Shown here: positions 1 through 9,252 of the stretch, one piece after another
Layout of the letters: each line of letters opens with the position of its first letter
How positions within the stretch are numbered: position 1 is the stretch's first letter
From: Myxococcales bacterium
Lineage (GTDB): Bacteria > Desulfobacterota > Binatia > HRBIN30
Direction: 5' to 3'
Assembly (NCBI GenBank): GCA_037445065.1
Contig: JBBILD010000004.1
Coordinates: forward strand, 160,001-224,000
Length of the DNA stretch: 64,000 nucleotides
Notes under the pieces: model-generated
Database searches by the model: none
Told to the model about the DNA's origin: nothing
Seen by the model: the letters and a program-made list of their open reading frames with translations, nothing else
Program-made: the position numbers and the translations under genes

Positions 1-410
1 TGCTGGCTGGCCCCTGTTATATCGGTCCGAACTGCTACGTCGGCAACAACGTCTTGGTGCGCAGCTACTCCTCGCTGGGTGCTGGATCCACGATCGGCTA
101 CGGTGTCGAACTCAAGAACTGCGTCCTGTTCGGAAACTCGCGGGTGGGGCGGCTGTCGTTCATCGGCGACAGCGTCATCGGAGAAAACGTAGATATTGGC
201 TCGGGGACGATGACCGTGAACGAGCGGATGGACCGCTCCCCGATCGCTCTCCAGATCCGTGGCGAGCGGGTAGACTCGGGGTTGACCAAGCTCGGCTCGT
301 TTGTCGGGGACGGTGTGAAGATCGGGGCGGGGAATACGCTTGCGGCTGGGACCATCCTCGACCCGGGAGCGGTCATCGAGCACCACACCACGTTGCCGCC
401 GAAGGTGTGA
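1..410 (+). CDS. C-terminal part of archaeal-type GlmU-like sugar-1-phosphate nucleotidyl/acetyltransferase (left-handed beta-helix); truncated by window edge
   Basis: Hexapeptide repeats (GPCYIGPNCYVG, VELKNCVLF, LSFIGDSVIGENVDIGSGT, KLGSFVGDGVKIG); frame is open from the window start; directly upstream of glmS. Confidence 0.75.
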   Translation, partial: LAGPCYIGPNCYVGNNVLVRSYSSLGAGSTIGYGVELKNCVLFGNSRVGRLSFIGDSVIGENVDIGSGTMTVNERMDRSPIALQIRGERVDSGLTKLGSFVGDGVKIGAGNTLAAGTILDPGAVIEHHTTLPPKV

Positions 411-413
411 AGT

Positions 414-2225
414 ATGTGCGGGATCAGCGGGGTCGCGAGCTTTCATCCGATTCGGGATCGGCTGTATCAGGGGGTGCATCAGCTCGAATACCGCGGTTAC
501 GACTCCTGCGGCATCGCTTTCCTGGAAAACCGCCATATCGAGGTGCGCAAGGATGTCGGCACGGTGGACGAGGTGGACAGCAAGCAGTGCTTGCGGGACC
601 TGGCCGCGAGGGTAGGAATCGCACACACTCGCTGGGCCACGCACGGCAAGGTCACGCGGGAAAACGCCCACCCGCACCTAAGCTGCGCTGGGGACTTCGC
701 CGTGGTGCACAATGGAATCATCGCGAATTACCGGCAGTTGCGCGAGCGCCTGACACAGGCCGGACATCGCTTTCGCTCGGAAACCGACACCGAGGCGATT
801 GCGCACTTGGTTGAAGAGCACTTTCGCAATACCGGTGATGTCGAGAAGGCCTGGGTGGCCACCCTACGCGAGCTGCAGGGGAGCTACGCCCTGGCCATGA
901 TTTCCGTACACGAACCCGAGCGGATTTACTGCGCGCGGCACGAGAGCCCGTTGATCATCGGCGTAGGAACGGAATCGAATTACGTTGGTTCGGATTTCAA
1001 TGCGTTTATCGAGTACACAAGGAACACCGTGATCCTCGACGACGGCGAATACGGAATCGTTGCCAAGGATTCCTACGCGGTGAAGAGCTTGCGCACCGGC
1101 GAGGTAGTGGAAAAGCCAGTCACCGTGATCCCTTGGGATCCGGAACTCGCGCGCAAAGGCGGATACCCGCACTTCATGCTCAAGGAGATCCACGAGCAGC
1201 CACAAGCGATCCGCAACGCTCTGGCCCATGCGCGCGACTCGCTCGCGGCGCTGGCGGATGCGGTGGCGCAAGCACGGCAAGTGTATTTGCTCGGTGTCGG
1301 GACGACGCATTACGTGGCGCTCTACGGGCAATATGCCTTTGCCGGCCTGGCGGGGTCGCCGGTGCTACCGGTGAGTTCGGATGAGTTCCGTTACCTCGAC
1401 TGCACAGAGGGGGATTCGTTGGTGCTCGCCATCTCGCAATCGGGCGAGACGTACGACACGTTGGTGAGCCTCCGGCACGCCCGCGAGCGTGGCGCCAAGA
1501 CGGCTGCCATCGTGAACGTGGTGGGCTCCTCGATTGCACGTTTGGTGGACTACCCGGTCCTGCAAGGCTCCGGCCCAGAAGTGTGCGTGGTGAGTACGAA
1601 GGCAGCACTCGTGCAAATGGTGCTGCTCACCGTGCTCGCCGCGGAAGTGGGTATGCGGCGGGGAGTGCTGGCCGCCGAGGAGCGCGCCCAGCTCGACCAA
1701 GCCCTCGCAACACTGCCTGCGGAGATCGAAGAGCTTCTGAACGAGCAATCGGGTTTGGTACGCGCGGTCGCGTACCGGCATGCACACCAACACAACTGGC
1801 TTTTTCTCGGGCGCGGCGTCTACTACCCGATTGCCTTAGAGGCGGCGCTCAAAGTGAAGGAAGTTGCGTACCTGCACGCAGAGGGGATGCCGGCGGGCTT
1901 CTTGAAGCACGGTACCCTGGCGCTGGTGGATGAGAACCTCTCCACCCTGGTGTTCTTGCCCCCTCGGCAGAGCGGCGAGCTGTACTCGCTGACCCTGTCG
2001 AGTGTGGAAGAAGTGCGGGCGCGGGGCGGCTTCGTTCTAGGCTTTGCCTTCGAGGATGAGCGCGAGGTGTGCGACGAAGTCGTGCAGCTAAAGGCCCGCG
2101 ACGTGCACACGGCTCCGTTCTTAGCGTTGGTCGGAGCCCAGCTCTTTGCGTATTTTGCCGCCACGGCACTGCGGCGGAATGTGGATAAGCCTCGCTCTCT
2201 GGCCAAGTCGGTGACCGTTGCGTAA
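414..2225 (+). CDS. glmS: Glutamine--fructose-6-phosphate aminotransferase (isomerizing)
   Basis: MCGI N-terminus, LEYRGYDS, HTRWATHG, SQSGET, C-terminal VDKPRSLAKSVTV. Confidence 0.97.
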   Translation: MCGISGVASFHPIRDRLYQGVHQLEYRGYDSCGIAFLENRHIEVRKDVGTVDEVDSKQCLRDLAARVGIAHTRWATHGKVTRENAHPHLSCAGDFAVVHNGIIANYRQLRERLTQAGHRFRSETDTEAIAHLVEEHFRNTGDVEKAWVATLRELQGSYALAMISVHEPERIYCARHESPLIIGVGTESNYVGSDFNAFIEYTRNTVILDDGEYGIVAKDSYAVKSLRTGEVVEKPVTVIPWDPELARKGGYPHFMLKEIHEQPQAIRNALAHARDSLAALADAVAQARQVYLLGVGTTHYVALYGQYAFAGLAGSPVLPVSSDEFRYLDCTEGDSLVLAISQSGETYDTLVSLRHARERGAKTAAIVNVVGSSIARLVDYPVLQGSGPEVCVVSTKAALVQMVLLTVLAAEVGMRRGVLAAEERAQLDQALATLPAEIEELLNEQSGLVRAVAYRHAHQHNWLFLGRGVYYPIALEAALKVKEVAYLHAEGMPAGFLKHGTLALVDENLSTLVFLPPRQSGELYSLTLSSVEEVRARGGFVLGFAFEDEREVCDEVVQLKARDVHTAPFLALVGAQLFAYFAATALRRNVDKPRSLAKSVTVA

Positions 2226-2237
2226 GAGGCGCAGCGC

Positions 2238-2987
2238 GTGGCGGATCTCAGTGGGAAATTCGCGTTGGTGACCGGTTCTTCACGCGGCATCGGGCGCGGC
2301 ATCGCGCTCGAACTCGCACGTGCCGGTGCCCATGTCGCGGTGCATTACCGACGCGAACGAGAAGCGGCAGAGCGCACGGCAAGCGAGATCGAAGCCATGG
2401 GCCGGCAGGCCATCGTGGTGGGAGCGGATGTGGCGCGTTGGGAAGAGGTCCAAAAGATGGCAGCGCAGGTGTTCGCCCACTTCGGCCGCTTGGACATCGT
2501 GGTGGCCAATTCTGGCATCGCCTCGCGCCCGGCCCCCGTGTGGGAACTCGATGTCGAACACTGGCACAGGGTCCTTGCGGTGGACCTGCACGGCGTTTTC
2601 TACACGTGCCGGGCGACGGTCGGTGAACTGGTGCGGCAGAAGTCCGGTTCCGTCATTCTGGTTTCCTCGGTCGGTGCTGATCTGTGCGCGCCGTTCGGAG
2701 CGCCGTACTACGCTGCCAAGGCCGCGGTGAACGCGCTCACCAAAACCCTGGCCCGCGAGTGTGCTCCAGCGGGCGTGCGAGTCAACGCTCTCGCTCCCGG
2801 CTTGATTCACTCCGACATGGGCGACCGTATGATCAAAGCGTACGGCGAGAGCCTTCTCTCCACCATCCCGCTCGGGAGGGCGGGGACCCCGGAAGAGGTG
2901 GGCAGGGCAGCGGTGTTCTTGGCGAGCGACGACGCTGCCTTTATTACCGGAAAGATCCTGCGCGTTGACGGCGGCGCCTGGATGTAA
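2238..2987 (+). CDS. Short-chain dehydrogenase/reductase (FabG-like)
   Basis: TGSSRGIG, YxxxK (YYAAK), VNALAPG, VDGG. Confidence 0.92.
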   Translation: MADLSGKFALVTGSSRGIGRGIALELARAGAHVAVHYRREREAAERTASEIEAMGRQAIVVGADVARWEEVQKMAAQVFAHFGRLDIVVANSGIASRPAPVWELDVEHWHRVLAVDLHGVFYTCRATVGELVRQKSGSVILVSSVGADLCAPFGAPYYAAKAAVNALTKTLARECAPAGVRVNALAPGLIHSDMGDRMIKAYGESLLSTIPLGRAGTPEEVGRAAVFLASDDAAFITGKILRVDGGAWM

Positions 2988-3009
2988 GGCGCTCTACTTG
3001 CCCCGCGTT

Positions 3010-4668
3010 TCATTCGAGGCCAACGATTTTGCCGTCGTGGACTTCGATTCGCTGTGCTAGAGGTTGGCGTGGTAGGCCCGGCATGCGCAGGATGTCACCG
3101 AGCAGAACAACCAGAAACCCGGCGCCCGTGTTTGGCTGAACCCGGCGAACGGTGACCTCGAAGTCCTTCGGGCGGCCGGTACGTTTGGGGTCGTCGGATA
3201 GGGATGTCGGCGCTTTGGCGAGACATACGGGCAAAGTGTCCCAGCCGAAGCGGTGCACGAGTTCCAGATCTCGCTCGGCTTCGCGCGTATAGGCGACGCT
3301 TCGTGCACCGTACATGCGCCGAGCGACGGTGGAGATCTTTTCCTTTGGCGCTGCCGCCCAGTCGTACAGTGGGCGAAACGGCCGGCTGGCCTTCTCGGCG
3401 TGCGCCATCACCGTACGAGCCAAAGAGACGCAGCCCTCGCCCCCACGTTGGTACGGGTCTGCCACCGCGCATGGTACCTCCAGCTCGGCGCAGCGGTCCC
3501 GCACCAGCTCGAGCTCTTGCTCCGAGTCTCCGGCATGGCGATTGATGGCCACCACGGGGGCTTCTCCAAACTCGCGGATGTTCTCGACGTGTTTCTCGAG
3601 GTTCGCCATCCCCTTCCGTAAGGCCTCCAATCCCTGCGGCCCGCGCGCATCGGGTGAGCCGCCGTGTACTTTGAGGGCGCGGACCGTCGCCACGAGCACG
3701 ACCGCAGCCGTGTCGAGCTGGCCCGTGACGCACTTGATGTCGAAAAACTTCTCGGCTCCGAGATCGAAGGCAAAGCCAGCTTCGGTGACCACCCAGTCGG
3801 CACGGCGCATGGCGAGCTGGGTAGCGACCAAGCTGTTACATCCATGCGCGACGTTGGCGAACGGCCCTCCGTGGACCAAAGCCGGAGTTCCAGCCCGCGT
3901 TTGCACCAAGTTCGGCAAGAAGGCATCGAGCAATAAGGCGAGCAGCGCCCCGGTTGCGCCCAGTTGCCCTGCCATCACCGGTTCCCCTCGGGTTGTGAAG
4001 CCGATCAGGATTCGCTCGAGGCGGGCACGCAGGTCGGTAAAATCTTTCGCCAAGCAAAGGATTGCCATGATCTCCGAAGCGGCCGTGATCTCGAAAGCGG
4101 CTTCGCGGGGAACGCCATGAGCCGTCCCACCAAGCCCGGTGACGATGTGCCGCAAGCTACGGTCGTTGATGTCCAAGACCCGCGGCCACACGATGCGGCG
4201 CGAATCGAGGCCGAGCGCGTTGTCGAAATAAACGTGGTTATCAATGAGCGCGGCGAGTAGATTGTGAGCGGCGGTGACCGCGTGGAAGTCACCGGTGAAA
4301 TGCAGGTTGATCCGCTCCGCCGGCACGAGCTGCGCTTGCCCCCCACCCGTGCCCCCGCCTTTGATGCCGAAGCACGGTCCAAGAGAGGGCTCGCGTAACG
4401 CTACGCAAACCCGCTGGCCGATCAGCCGGAAAGCATCGGCAAGGCCAATTGCGATGGTGGTTTTCCCTTCCCCCGCGGTTGTGGGTGTGATGCCGGAGAC
4501 CAGTACGAGCCGCGCTTGCCCTGGCCGCTGGCGTGGCTTCACCACGGCTTCCCAGGCGATCTTGGCGATCTGCCGGCCATAAGGAATCAAAGCGTTGCCC
4601 GGCAGGTCCAGTTCCGCCGCGACTTGTTCGATCGGTCGTACTTCACTTGGTTCGTCCATGATCCCCAT
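3010..4668 (-). CDS. fhs: Formate--tetrahydrofolate ligase
   Basis: TPTTAGEGKTT, REPSLGP, GIKGGGTGGG, HFTGDFHA, HGGPFANVAHG, MPGLP; GGAGGAG Shine-Dalgarno before ATG at 4668. Confidence 0.96.
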   Translation of the reverse strand: MGIMDEPSEVRPIEQVAAELDLPGNALIPYGRQIAKIAWEAVVKPRQRPGQARLVLVSGITPTTAGEGKTTIAIGLADAFRLIGQRVCVALREPSLGPCFGIKGGGTGGGQAQLVPAERINLHFTGDFHAVTAAHNLLAALIDNHVYFDNALGLDSRRIVWPRVLDINDRSLRHIVTGLGGTAHGVPREAAFEITAASEIMAILCLAKDFTDLRARLERILIGFTTRGEPVMAGQLGATGALLALLLDAFLPNLVQTRAGTPALVHGGPFANVAHGCNSLVATQLAMRRADWVVTEAGFAFDLGAEKFFDIKCVTGQLDTAAVVLVATVRALKVHGGSPDARGPQGLEALRKGMANLEKHVENIREFGEAPVVAINRHAGDSEQELELVRDRCAELEVPCAVADPYQRGGEGCVSLARTVMAHAEKASRPFRPLYDWAAAPKEKISTVARRMYGARSVAYTREAERDLELVHRFGWDTLPVCLAKAPTSLSDDPKRTGRPKDFEVTVRRVQPNTGAGFLVVLLGDILRMPGLPRQPLAQRIEVHDGKIVGLE

Positions 4669-4708
4669 GGCCGATCTCCTCCCAGGCGCCAGAGTGGCAA
4701 ACATCGCC

Positions 4709-4725
4709 TGCAAGCTGGGTGCCGA
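4709..4725 (-). promoter_or_regulatory. Putative sigma-54 (-24/-12) promoter for fhs
   Basis: Minus strand TCGGCAC-CCAGC-TTGCA with exact GG-N10-GC spacing, about 40 nt upstream of the ATG. Confidence 0.7.
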
Positions 4726-4877
4726 TGGCAGCAGTAGCGGTTTGTTTCACAGGTCGAAGGCGTAGCTGCTGCAAGCGTAAGAACGCTTGCCCTGCCACGT
4801 GTGTGCGGAGCGAGTGTACGAGCCGGCTTCGAGTTCGGATGCGAGATTGCCCAGTGGCTTGTCGCTGGGGCGACGAA

Positions 4878-5672
4878 TCAGTCGTCGGCTTGGCTGGAGC
4901 TAGGGATGGTGACGGTAAAGGTAGCGCCGGCGCCGACCGTGCCCTCGGCAGTGATGCGACCGCCATGCCGCCGAGCGACGAGCGCTGCGATTGCGAGGCC
5001 GAACCCAGCTCCTTCGTATTCATGGCGCGAGTGGAGGCGAGACAGTGGCCGGAACAGAAGATCGGTTTTCTCTGGGGGAAACCCGACCCCCGAGTCGCGA
5101 ACAAAGAAGGTGACCGGCTCTGCATCCGGGATCGGACCGACCTCGATGTGCGCAGAGCGCGTGCCGCGCGTGAACTTCCAAGCGTTTTCTAGCAGGCTGG
5201 TGAGCAAAAGTTCACACAGCTCAGGATCGGCACAGACCTTGAGGTTGGGGGCGACGCGGATCTGGACGCTGCGGTGGCGTTCGAGCCGGTGCAAGCGCGC
5301 GAGGATCTTGGCTGCGAGTGCGGAGAGGTCGAGCGCTTCGCGCTGCAGCGGCTTTTGACTGGCCCGGCAAAAGCGGAGCAGGGACTCGAGGAAGCCGCGC
5401 ATCTCGGCCACGCCGTCCAGCAACGCGGATAGGTAGCGCTGCGATTCCTCGTCCCACTGTTCTGATCGCTGCCGGAGCAGTTGAGAAAAGGCTTCCACGT
5501 GGCGCAGCGGCGTTCGCATCTCTTGCACAACGGCGTTCGCAAATGTCGCGAGGCTTTCGTGTCCGAACGGGCCACATGCGGCGCTTCCTGTGTCCGGCGC
5601 TGCAAGGGACTTGTGAGCAGTGCTGTGCTCCGCTCGCTTTCGCTTTTCCATTTCCCAAAGCACCTCTCTCAA
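4878..5672 (-). CDS. Sensorless HisKA/HATPase protein lacking the phosphoacceptor His (pseudokinase candidate)
   Basis: H-box reads VVQEMRTPL; N box LLENAWKFT, G1 VRDSGVG, F box LFRPLSR, G2 GAGFGLA. Confidence 0.8.
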   Translation of the reverse strand: MREVLWEMEKRKRAEHSTAHKSLAAPDTGSAACGPFGHESLATFANAVVQEMRTPLRHVEAFSQLLRQRSEQWDEESQRYLSALLDGVAEMRGFLESLLRFCRASQKPLQREALDLSALAAKILARLHRLERHRSVQIRVAPNLKVCADPELCELLLTSLLENAWKFTRGTRSAHIEVGPIPDAEPVTFFVRDSGVGFPPEKTDLLFRPLSRLHSRHEYEGAGFGLAIAALVARRHGGRITAEGTVGAGATFTVTIPSSSQADD

Positions 5673-6085
5673 GGGGTTTTCTTGCGGCTACCTTGCCTTG
5701 CCTGGGGCCCCGTAGGGGAAGGGCTTTTGGGTGGCTCGGGAAGCCACGCCAGGAGAGCTGGCAGGGCGACCGGTTTGGCGAGAACTTCATTGGCCCCGGC
5801 AGCGAGTGCCCGTGCACGGAGGGAAGGCCCGGTCCCGCCGGCGATCACGACCACCGGAATATCTGGGAACCGGCCACGTGCCAAACGAACCACTTCCTCT
5901 CCTTCACAACCGCCTGGACGGAGAGCCCAGTCGGTGAACACGGCCACGTATTTCCGGCGTCGGAGCCAAAAAGTCGCTTGGTCTAAAGAGCTCGCGTGAT
6001 CCACCTTGTAGCCTTTGGTGGTGAAGAACTGGACCATTCCGAAGGCGGCTGCGGCGTCGTCTTCAACGATCAACATTCGCTTCAT
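5669..6085 (-). CDS. Single-domain response regulator (CheY-like receiver)
   Basis: LIVEDD, VFTD, GANEVLAKP; ATGA overlap with the upstream gene. Confidence 0.85.
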   Translation of the reverse strand: MKRMLIVEDDAAAAFGMVQFFTTKGYKVDHASSLDQATFWLRRRKYVAVFTDWALRPGGCEGEEVVRLARGRFPDIPVVVIAGGTGPSLRARALAAGANEVLAKPVALPALLAWLPEPPKSPSPTGPQARQGSRKKTP

Positions 6086-6564
6086 GAGGGAGCCGCCATT
6101 CTGGCGTCTCCCGGCCGGCCCTTGTCTTGCGCCTCGCTTAGCAAGCGGATGAGGGTTTGCATCTCCTCGGCGAGGCGGAAGCCACTGCTCGCTTGGTTCG
6201 TGCACCCCGGCTGCAGGTGCAGGCGCAGGTGGCCTCTGGCGGACTGCCTTCGTTTCTTATCTAGACAGCCTCCGAGCATGCCTAGGACCGCCCATGGTTG
6301 GCGGCCAGCAGCGAACCGCAGGGTATCTCGAACCCCGGAGGAGTAAATCCAATTCAGCGCGCGGTGCGCCACAACCAACGCGTAGGAGCGTGAATCCAGG
6401 TACGCGAAGGCAACGGGTAGAGTGTGAGTGAGATCCACGATGCAGCCTCGCTCCGCAAGGCAACGAGCGAGAGCCCGTATCGTGTCACAGGCAGGAGCCA
6501 CGAGCGGAACCCGGTGCGTTTCTACCGGTGCGTTCGGTTCGAAGCCGTATGATTGGTCGTGCAT
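6082..6564 (-). CDS. Degenerate receiver-like protein (pseudoreceiver); start uncertain
   Basis: Aligns by eye with the adjacent receiver, but the acidic pocket is absent and His occupies the Asp position (YALVVAH vs YVAVFTD); translationally coupled to the next gene. Confidence 0.55.
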   Translation of the reverse strand: MHDQSYGFEPNAPVETHRVPLVAPACDTIRALARCLAERGCIVDLTHTLPVAFAYLDSRSYALVVAHRALNWIYSSGVRDTLRFAAGRQPWAVLGMLGGCLDKKRRQSARGHLRLHLQPGCTNQASSGFRLAEEMQTLIRLLSEAQDKGRPGDARMAAPS

Positions 6565-6576
6565 GCCCGCGCTTCG

Positions 6577-6592
6577 AGCTACGAGCGTGCCA
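6577..6592 (-). promoter_or_regulatory. Putative sigma-54 promoter
   Basis: Minus strand TGGCAC-GCTCG-TAGCT, GG-N10-GC, in the gap after the bEBP gene. Confidence 0.65.
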
Positions 6593-6641
6593 GCGACGAG
6601 ACGTGCGTCAGGAGCTTTGCCCCTCTCTTCGCACGTTCCGA

Positions 6642-6680
6642 GTTCCGGAATCTGGACGTCTTCCGTCCATACGTCAGAAC
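6642..6680. promoter_or_regulatory. Candidate tandem upstream activator sequences
   Basis: Two GTYC-N8-GRAC dyads (6642-6657, 6665-6680), 23 bp apart, about 75-115 bp upstream of the predicted sigma-54 start site. Confidence 0.4.
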
Positions 6681-6752
6681 GTACCGCTACCAACAAAGGC
6701 GCTGGGCAATCCCGTCCTCTGTGCATTCGCGTATGGATTCGCGCAGGTGCTC

Positions 6753-8129
6753 CTATCGGGGCGGCTTGCGGCCGAAGCGGCGCAACTTTTGGTATAGCGT
6801 GCTGCGCGGGATCCCCAGAACCTCTGCTGCCCGCTGTACGTGTCCCCCCACTGCCTCCAGCACCTGTTCGATGTATTCGCGTTCGACTTGAGCCAATGGC
6901 TTGAAGGAAGCTGTGGGGAGGGACGCTAGCCTACTGGTTGCTTCCGGGGTAGGGGATGCGCCCCCCGGTGCATGACCGAGGAGCAGGTCCTCCGCATGCA
7001 AAACCCGAGAGCGGCTCAGGAGCACGGCGCGTTCGAGCACGTTCCGCAGTTCGCGGATGTTCCCTGGCCAGTCGTGTTGCACGAGCCTGGCAACCGCATC
7101 GGGGGCGAGTTCGCGGTGGTGCGCAGAACTCGTTGCCAACGAGGCGAGCACCGCTTGCGCCAGGTCCGGAATGTCCTCGCGGCGCTCGCGCAACGGCGGG
7201 AGCTCGAGGGGTAGAGCGGAAATGCGGTAATATAAGTCGGCGCGAAACCTGCCGTGCTCTACAGCACGGTTCAAATCGCGGTTCGTTGCGCTGATCAATC
7301 GTAACTCCACGGGGATGTCGGTCGTTCCACCCACGCGCCGCACGCGCCGCTCTTCGAGGACCTTGAGCAACTTGGCTTGAACATCCAAAGCGAGGTCGCC
7401 GATCTCGTCCAAGAACAGGGTCCCCCCATGCGCGAGCTCCACCATCCCGAGCTTGCGTTCCAGGGCCCCTGTGAACGCTCCTTTTTCATGTCCGAACAAT
7501 TCCGATTGCAGGAGGTCCCCGCCGAGACTGGCGCAGTTTAAGTCCACAAAGGGGTGGGCGGCGCGCAAGCTGTGCTCGTGCAGCCAGCGGGCCAGCACTC
7601 CTTTGCCGGTGCCGGTCTCCCCTAGTATCAACACCGTTACGTCGCTGGCTGCGACGCGGTGCGCCGTCTCTTCGAGCTGGCGAATTCGGCGGCTCTTCCC
7701 CACGAACGGGTTGCGAAGGCGGCGTTGCGATTGATCCCGCTCGAGTCTCTCGTGCAATTCGGCGCGGTGGGCGCTGGCCAGCCGTTCCACCATCGTGGCC
7801 AGGGCGGGGAGGTCCACCGGCTTGGTCAGGAATTGGCTCGCCCCCGCTTGAATTGCCTGCACGGCAAGGTCGATGGACGCGAAGCCCGTGAGGACAATGG
7901 TGGGCAGGATCTTTCCCGCGTCTCTCAGCCGGGCGAGCAAATCCAGTGCTGTGGCGTCGGGGAGTCGGTGATCCAAGATCATCACGTCGGGTGTCGCCTC
8001 CCCCAAGCGAGCCCACATTTCGCGGCCGTCGCTCGCTTCGACGACGCGCCAGCCTTGCTCGGCCAGAAAGTTGCGTACGCCGAAGCGGATGGCAGCGTCA
8101 TCGTCAACGATCAGCACCAGGCCTTTCAT
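6753..8129 (-). CDS. Sigma-54-dependent response regulator (NtrC/AtoC family)
   Basis: Receiver (IVDDD, ILD, LTKP), GETGTGK, ELFGHEKGAFTGA, LFLDEIG, WPGNIREL, Fis-type HTH. Confidence 0.97.
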   Translation of the reverse strand: MKGLVLIVDDDAAIRFGVRNFLAEQGWRVVEASDGREMWARLGEATPDVMILDHRLPDATALDLLARLRDAGKILPTIVLTGFASIDLAVQAIQAGASQFLTKPVDLPALATMVERLASAHRAELHERLERDQSQRRLRNPFVGKSRRIRQLEETAHRVAASDVTVLILGETGTGKGVLARWLHEHSLRAAHPFVDLNCASLGGDLLQSELFGHEKGAFTGALERKLGMVELAHGGTLFLDEIGDLALDVQAKLLKVLEERRVRRVGGTTDIPVELRLISATNRDLNRAVEHGRFRADLYYRISALPLELPPLRERREDIPDLAQAVLASLATSSAHHRELAPDAVARLVQHDWPGNIRELRNVLERAVLLSRSRVLHAEDLLLGHAPGGASPTPEATSRLASLPTASFKPLAQVEREYIEQVLEAVGGHVQRAAEVLGIPRSTLYQKLRRFGRKPPR

Positions 8130-9252
8130 CCGGTTCGAGTTCTCCTGCCCCGGGCAGCCAAATTTCGACCACTGCCCCGCCTTCCTGTCGGTTCGCTGCC
8201 TGGAGCTGGCCGCCGTGCTCGCTGACGACTCGCGCCACCATCGCCAAGCCCAAGCCGGTGCCGCCAGGACGGCGGGAATAGAACGGTTCGAAGGCGTGCT
8301 CGAGAACGGCCGCGTCGAACCCAGGCCCGCGGTCTGCGATGCGCAGGAGTACCCCGCGTTTGCCCGTTCTGCTCTCGGGGTGAGCCTCTAAGGACACCAC
8401 CGAGCCTTGCGGCGCGTAGGCGATTGCATTCTCGAGCACGTTCGTGATCGCCTGGACCATCTGCTCGGCGTCGGCTGTGATCGCCGACAGTCCGGGACTG
8501 CAGGTAAGCTCCATGCGGACGGCTTTTTCCCGTGCGCGGGCCTGGCAGTGTTGTATGGCCGTTGCGAGCAAGGTTTTTACGTCCTGGAGTTCGCGCCGGC
8601 TTTCTGCTCCGGCGCGCGCGTATGCCAGAAGCTGTCCGACCACTCGGTTCAAGCGGGCCGCTTCTTGGCGCATTACCTCGAAAAATTCTGCGGGTGCGGC
8701 CGCACCGAGCCGGGCCTCGAGCGCATCCAGAGTCGAGGTGAGGCCGAACAGCGGGTTGCGAAGGTTGTGCGCTACACCGGCCACCAGCTTGCCCAGCAAA
8801 ACCCAAGGCTCTTGTGCCGCCATTGCAGCTTCGGCACTGGCCCGTGCTTCGCGTTCCCGCGCTAAGCGCGATTCGAGTTCCCAGGCCTGGTGCGGGTCCC
8901 ATACCAAGTTGAGCCACCGCGGCGGGCGCGCGGACAGCGCGCGGGAACACAGCACGCATTGCTTGCCAGCATGCGGCCCGCGCAAAATGCACAAGCGGCC
9001 TGTGTACTCGGCCCCCCTTTGATTCGGTTCGGGGCGTGGCGGGTCCAATCGCGCCAAGGAATCCAAGTGCACGGGCGGCACTTTGCGCGTCGAGCGAATC
9101 GCAAAGAGTTCGTTTGCCTCCCGGTTCGCGGCCACCACCGAGCCTCGCTCGTCAATCCAAGCCGGAAGCGGAATCGCCCTCACTTCCACCGTTTTCGAAG
9201 CGCTTGCCCCTTTGCGAACCGACACCAACGCCTCCGCGTGCTCGCGTGACAC
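8104..9252 (-). CDS. Cytoplasmic sensor histidine kinase with PAS-like N-terminus
   Basis: AHNLRNPL, NVLENAI, IADRGPG, FEPFYS, GGTGLGL. Confidence 0.9.
   Translation of the reverse strand: MSREHAEALVSVRKGASASKTVEVRAIPLPAWIDERGSVVAANREANELFAIRSTRKVPPVHLDSLARLDPPRPEPNQRGAEYTGRLCILRGPHAGKQCVLCSRALSARPPRWLNLVWDPHQAWELESRLAREREARASAEAAMAAQEPWVLLGKLVAGVAHNLRNPLFGLTSTLDALEARLGAAAPAEFFEVMRQEAARLNRVVGQLLAYARAGAESRRELQDVKTLLATAIQHCQARAREKAVRMELTCSPGLSAITADAEQMVQAITNVLENAIAYAPQGSVVSLEAHPESRTGKRGVLLRIADRGPGFDAAVLEHAFEPFYSRRPGGTGLGLAMVARVVSEHGGQLQAANRQEGGAVVEIWLPGAGELEPDERPGADR

Noticed and set aside
4680..4878. ZTP (pfl) riboswitch upstream of fhs
   Set aside because: Only CGCCTGGG is present; the 5' GACUG/P1-P2 core and the closing 3' hairpin are not recognisable
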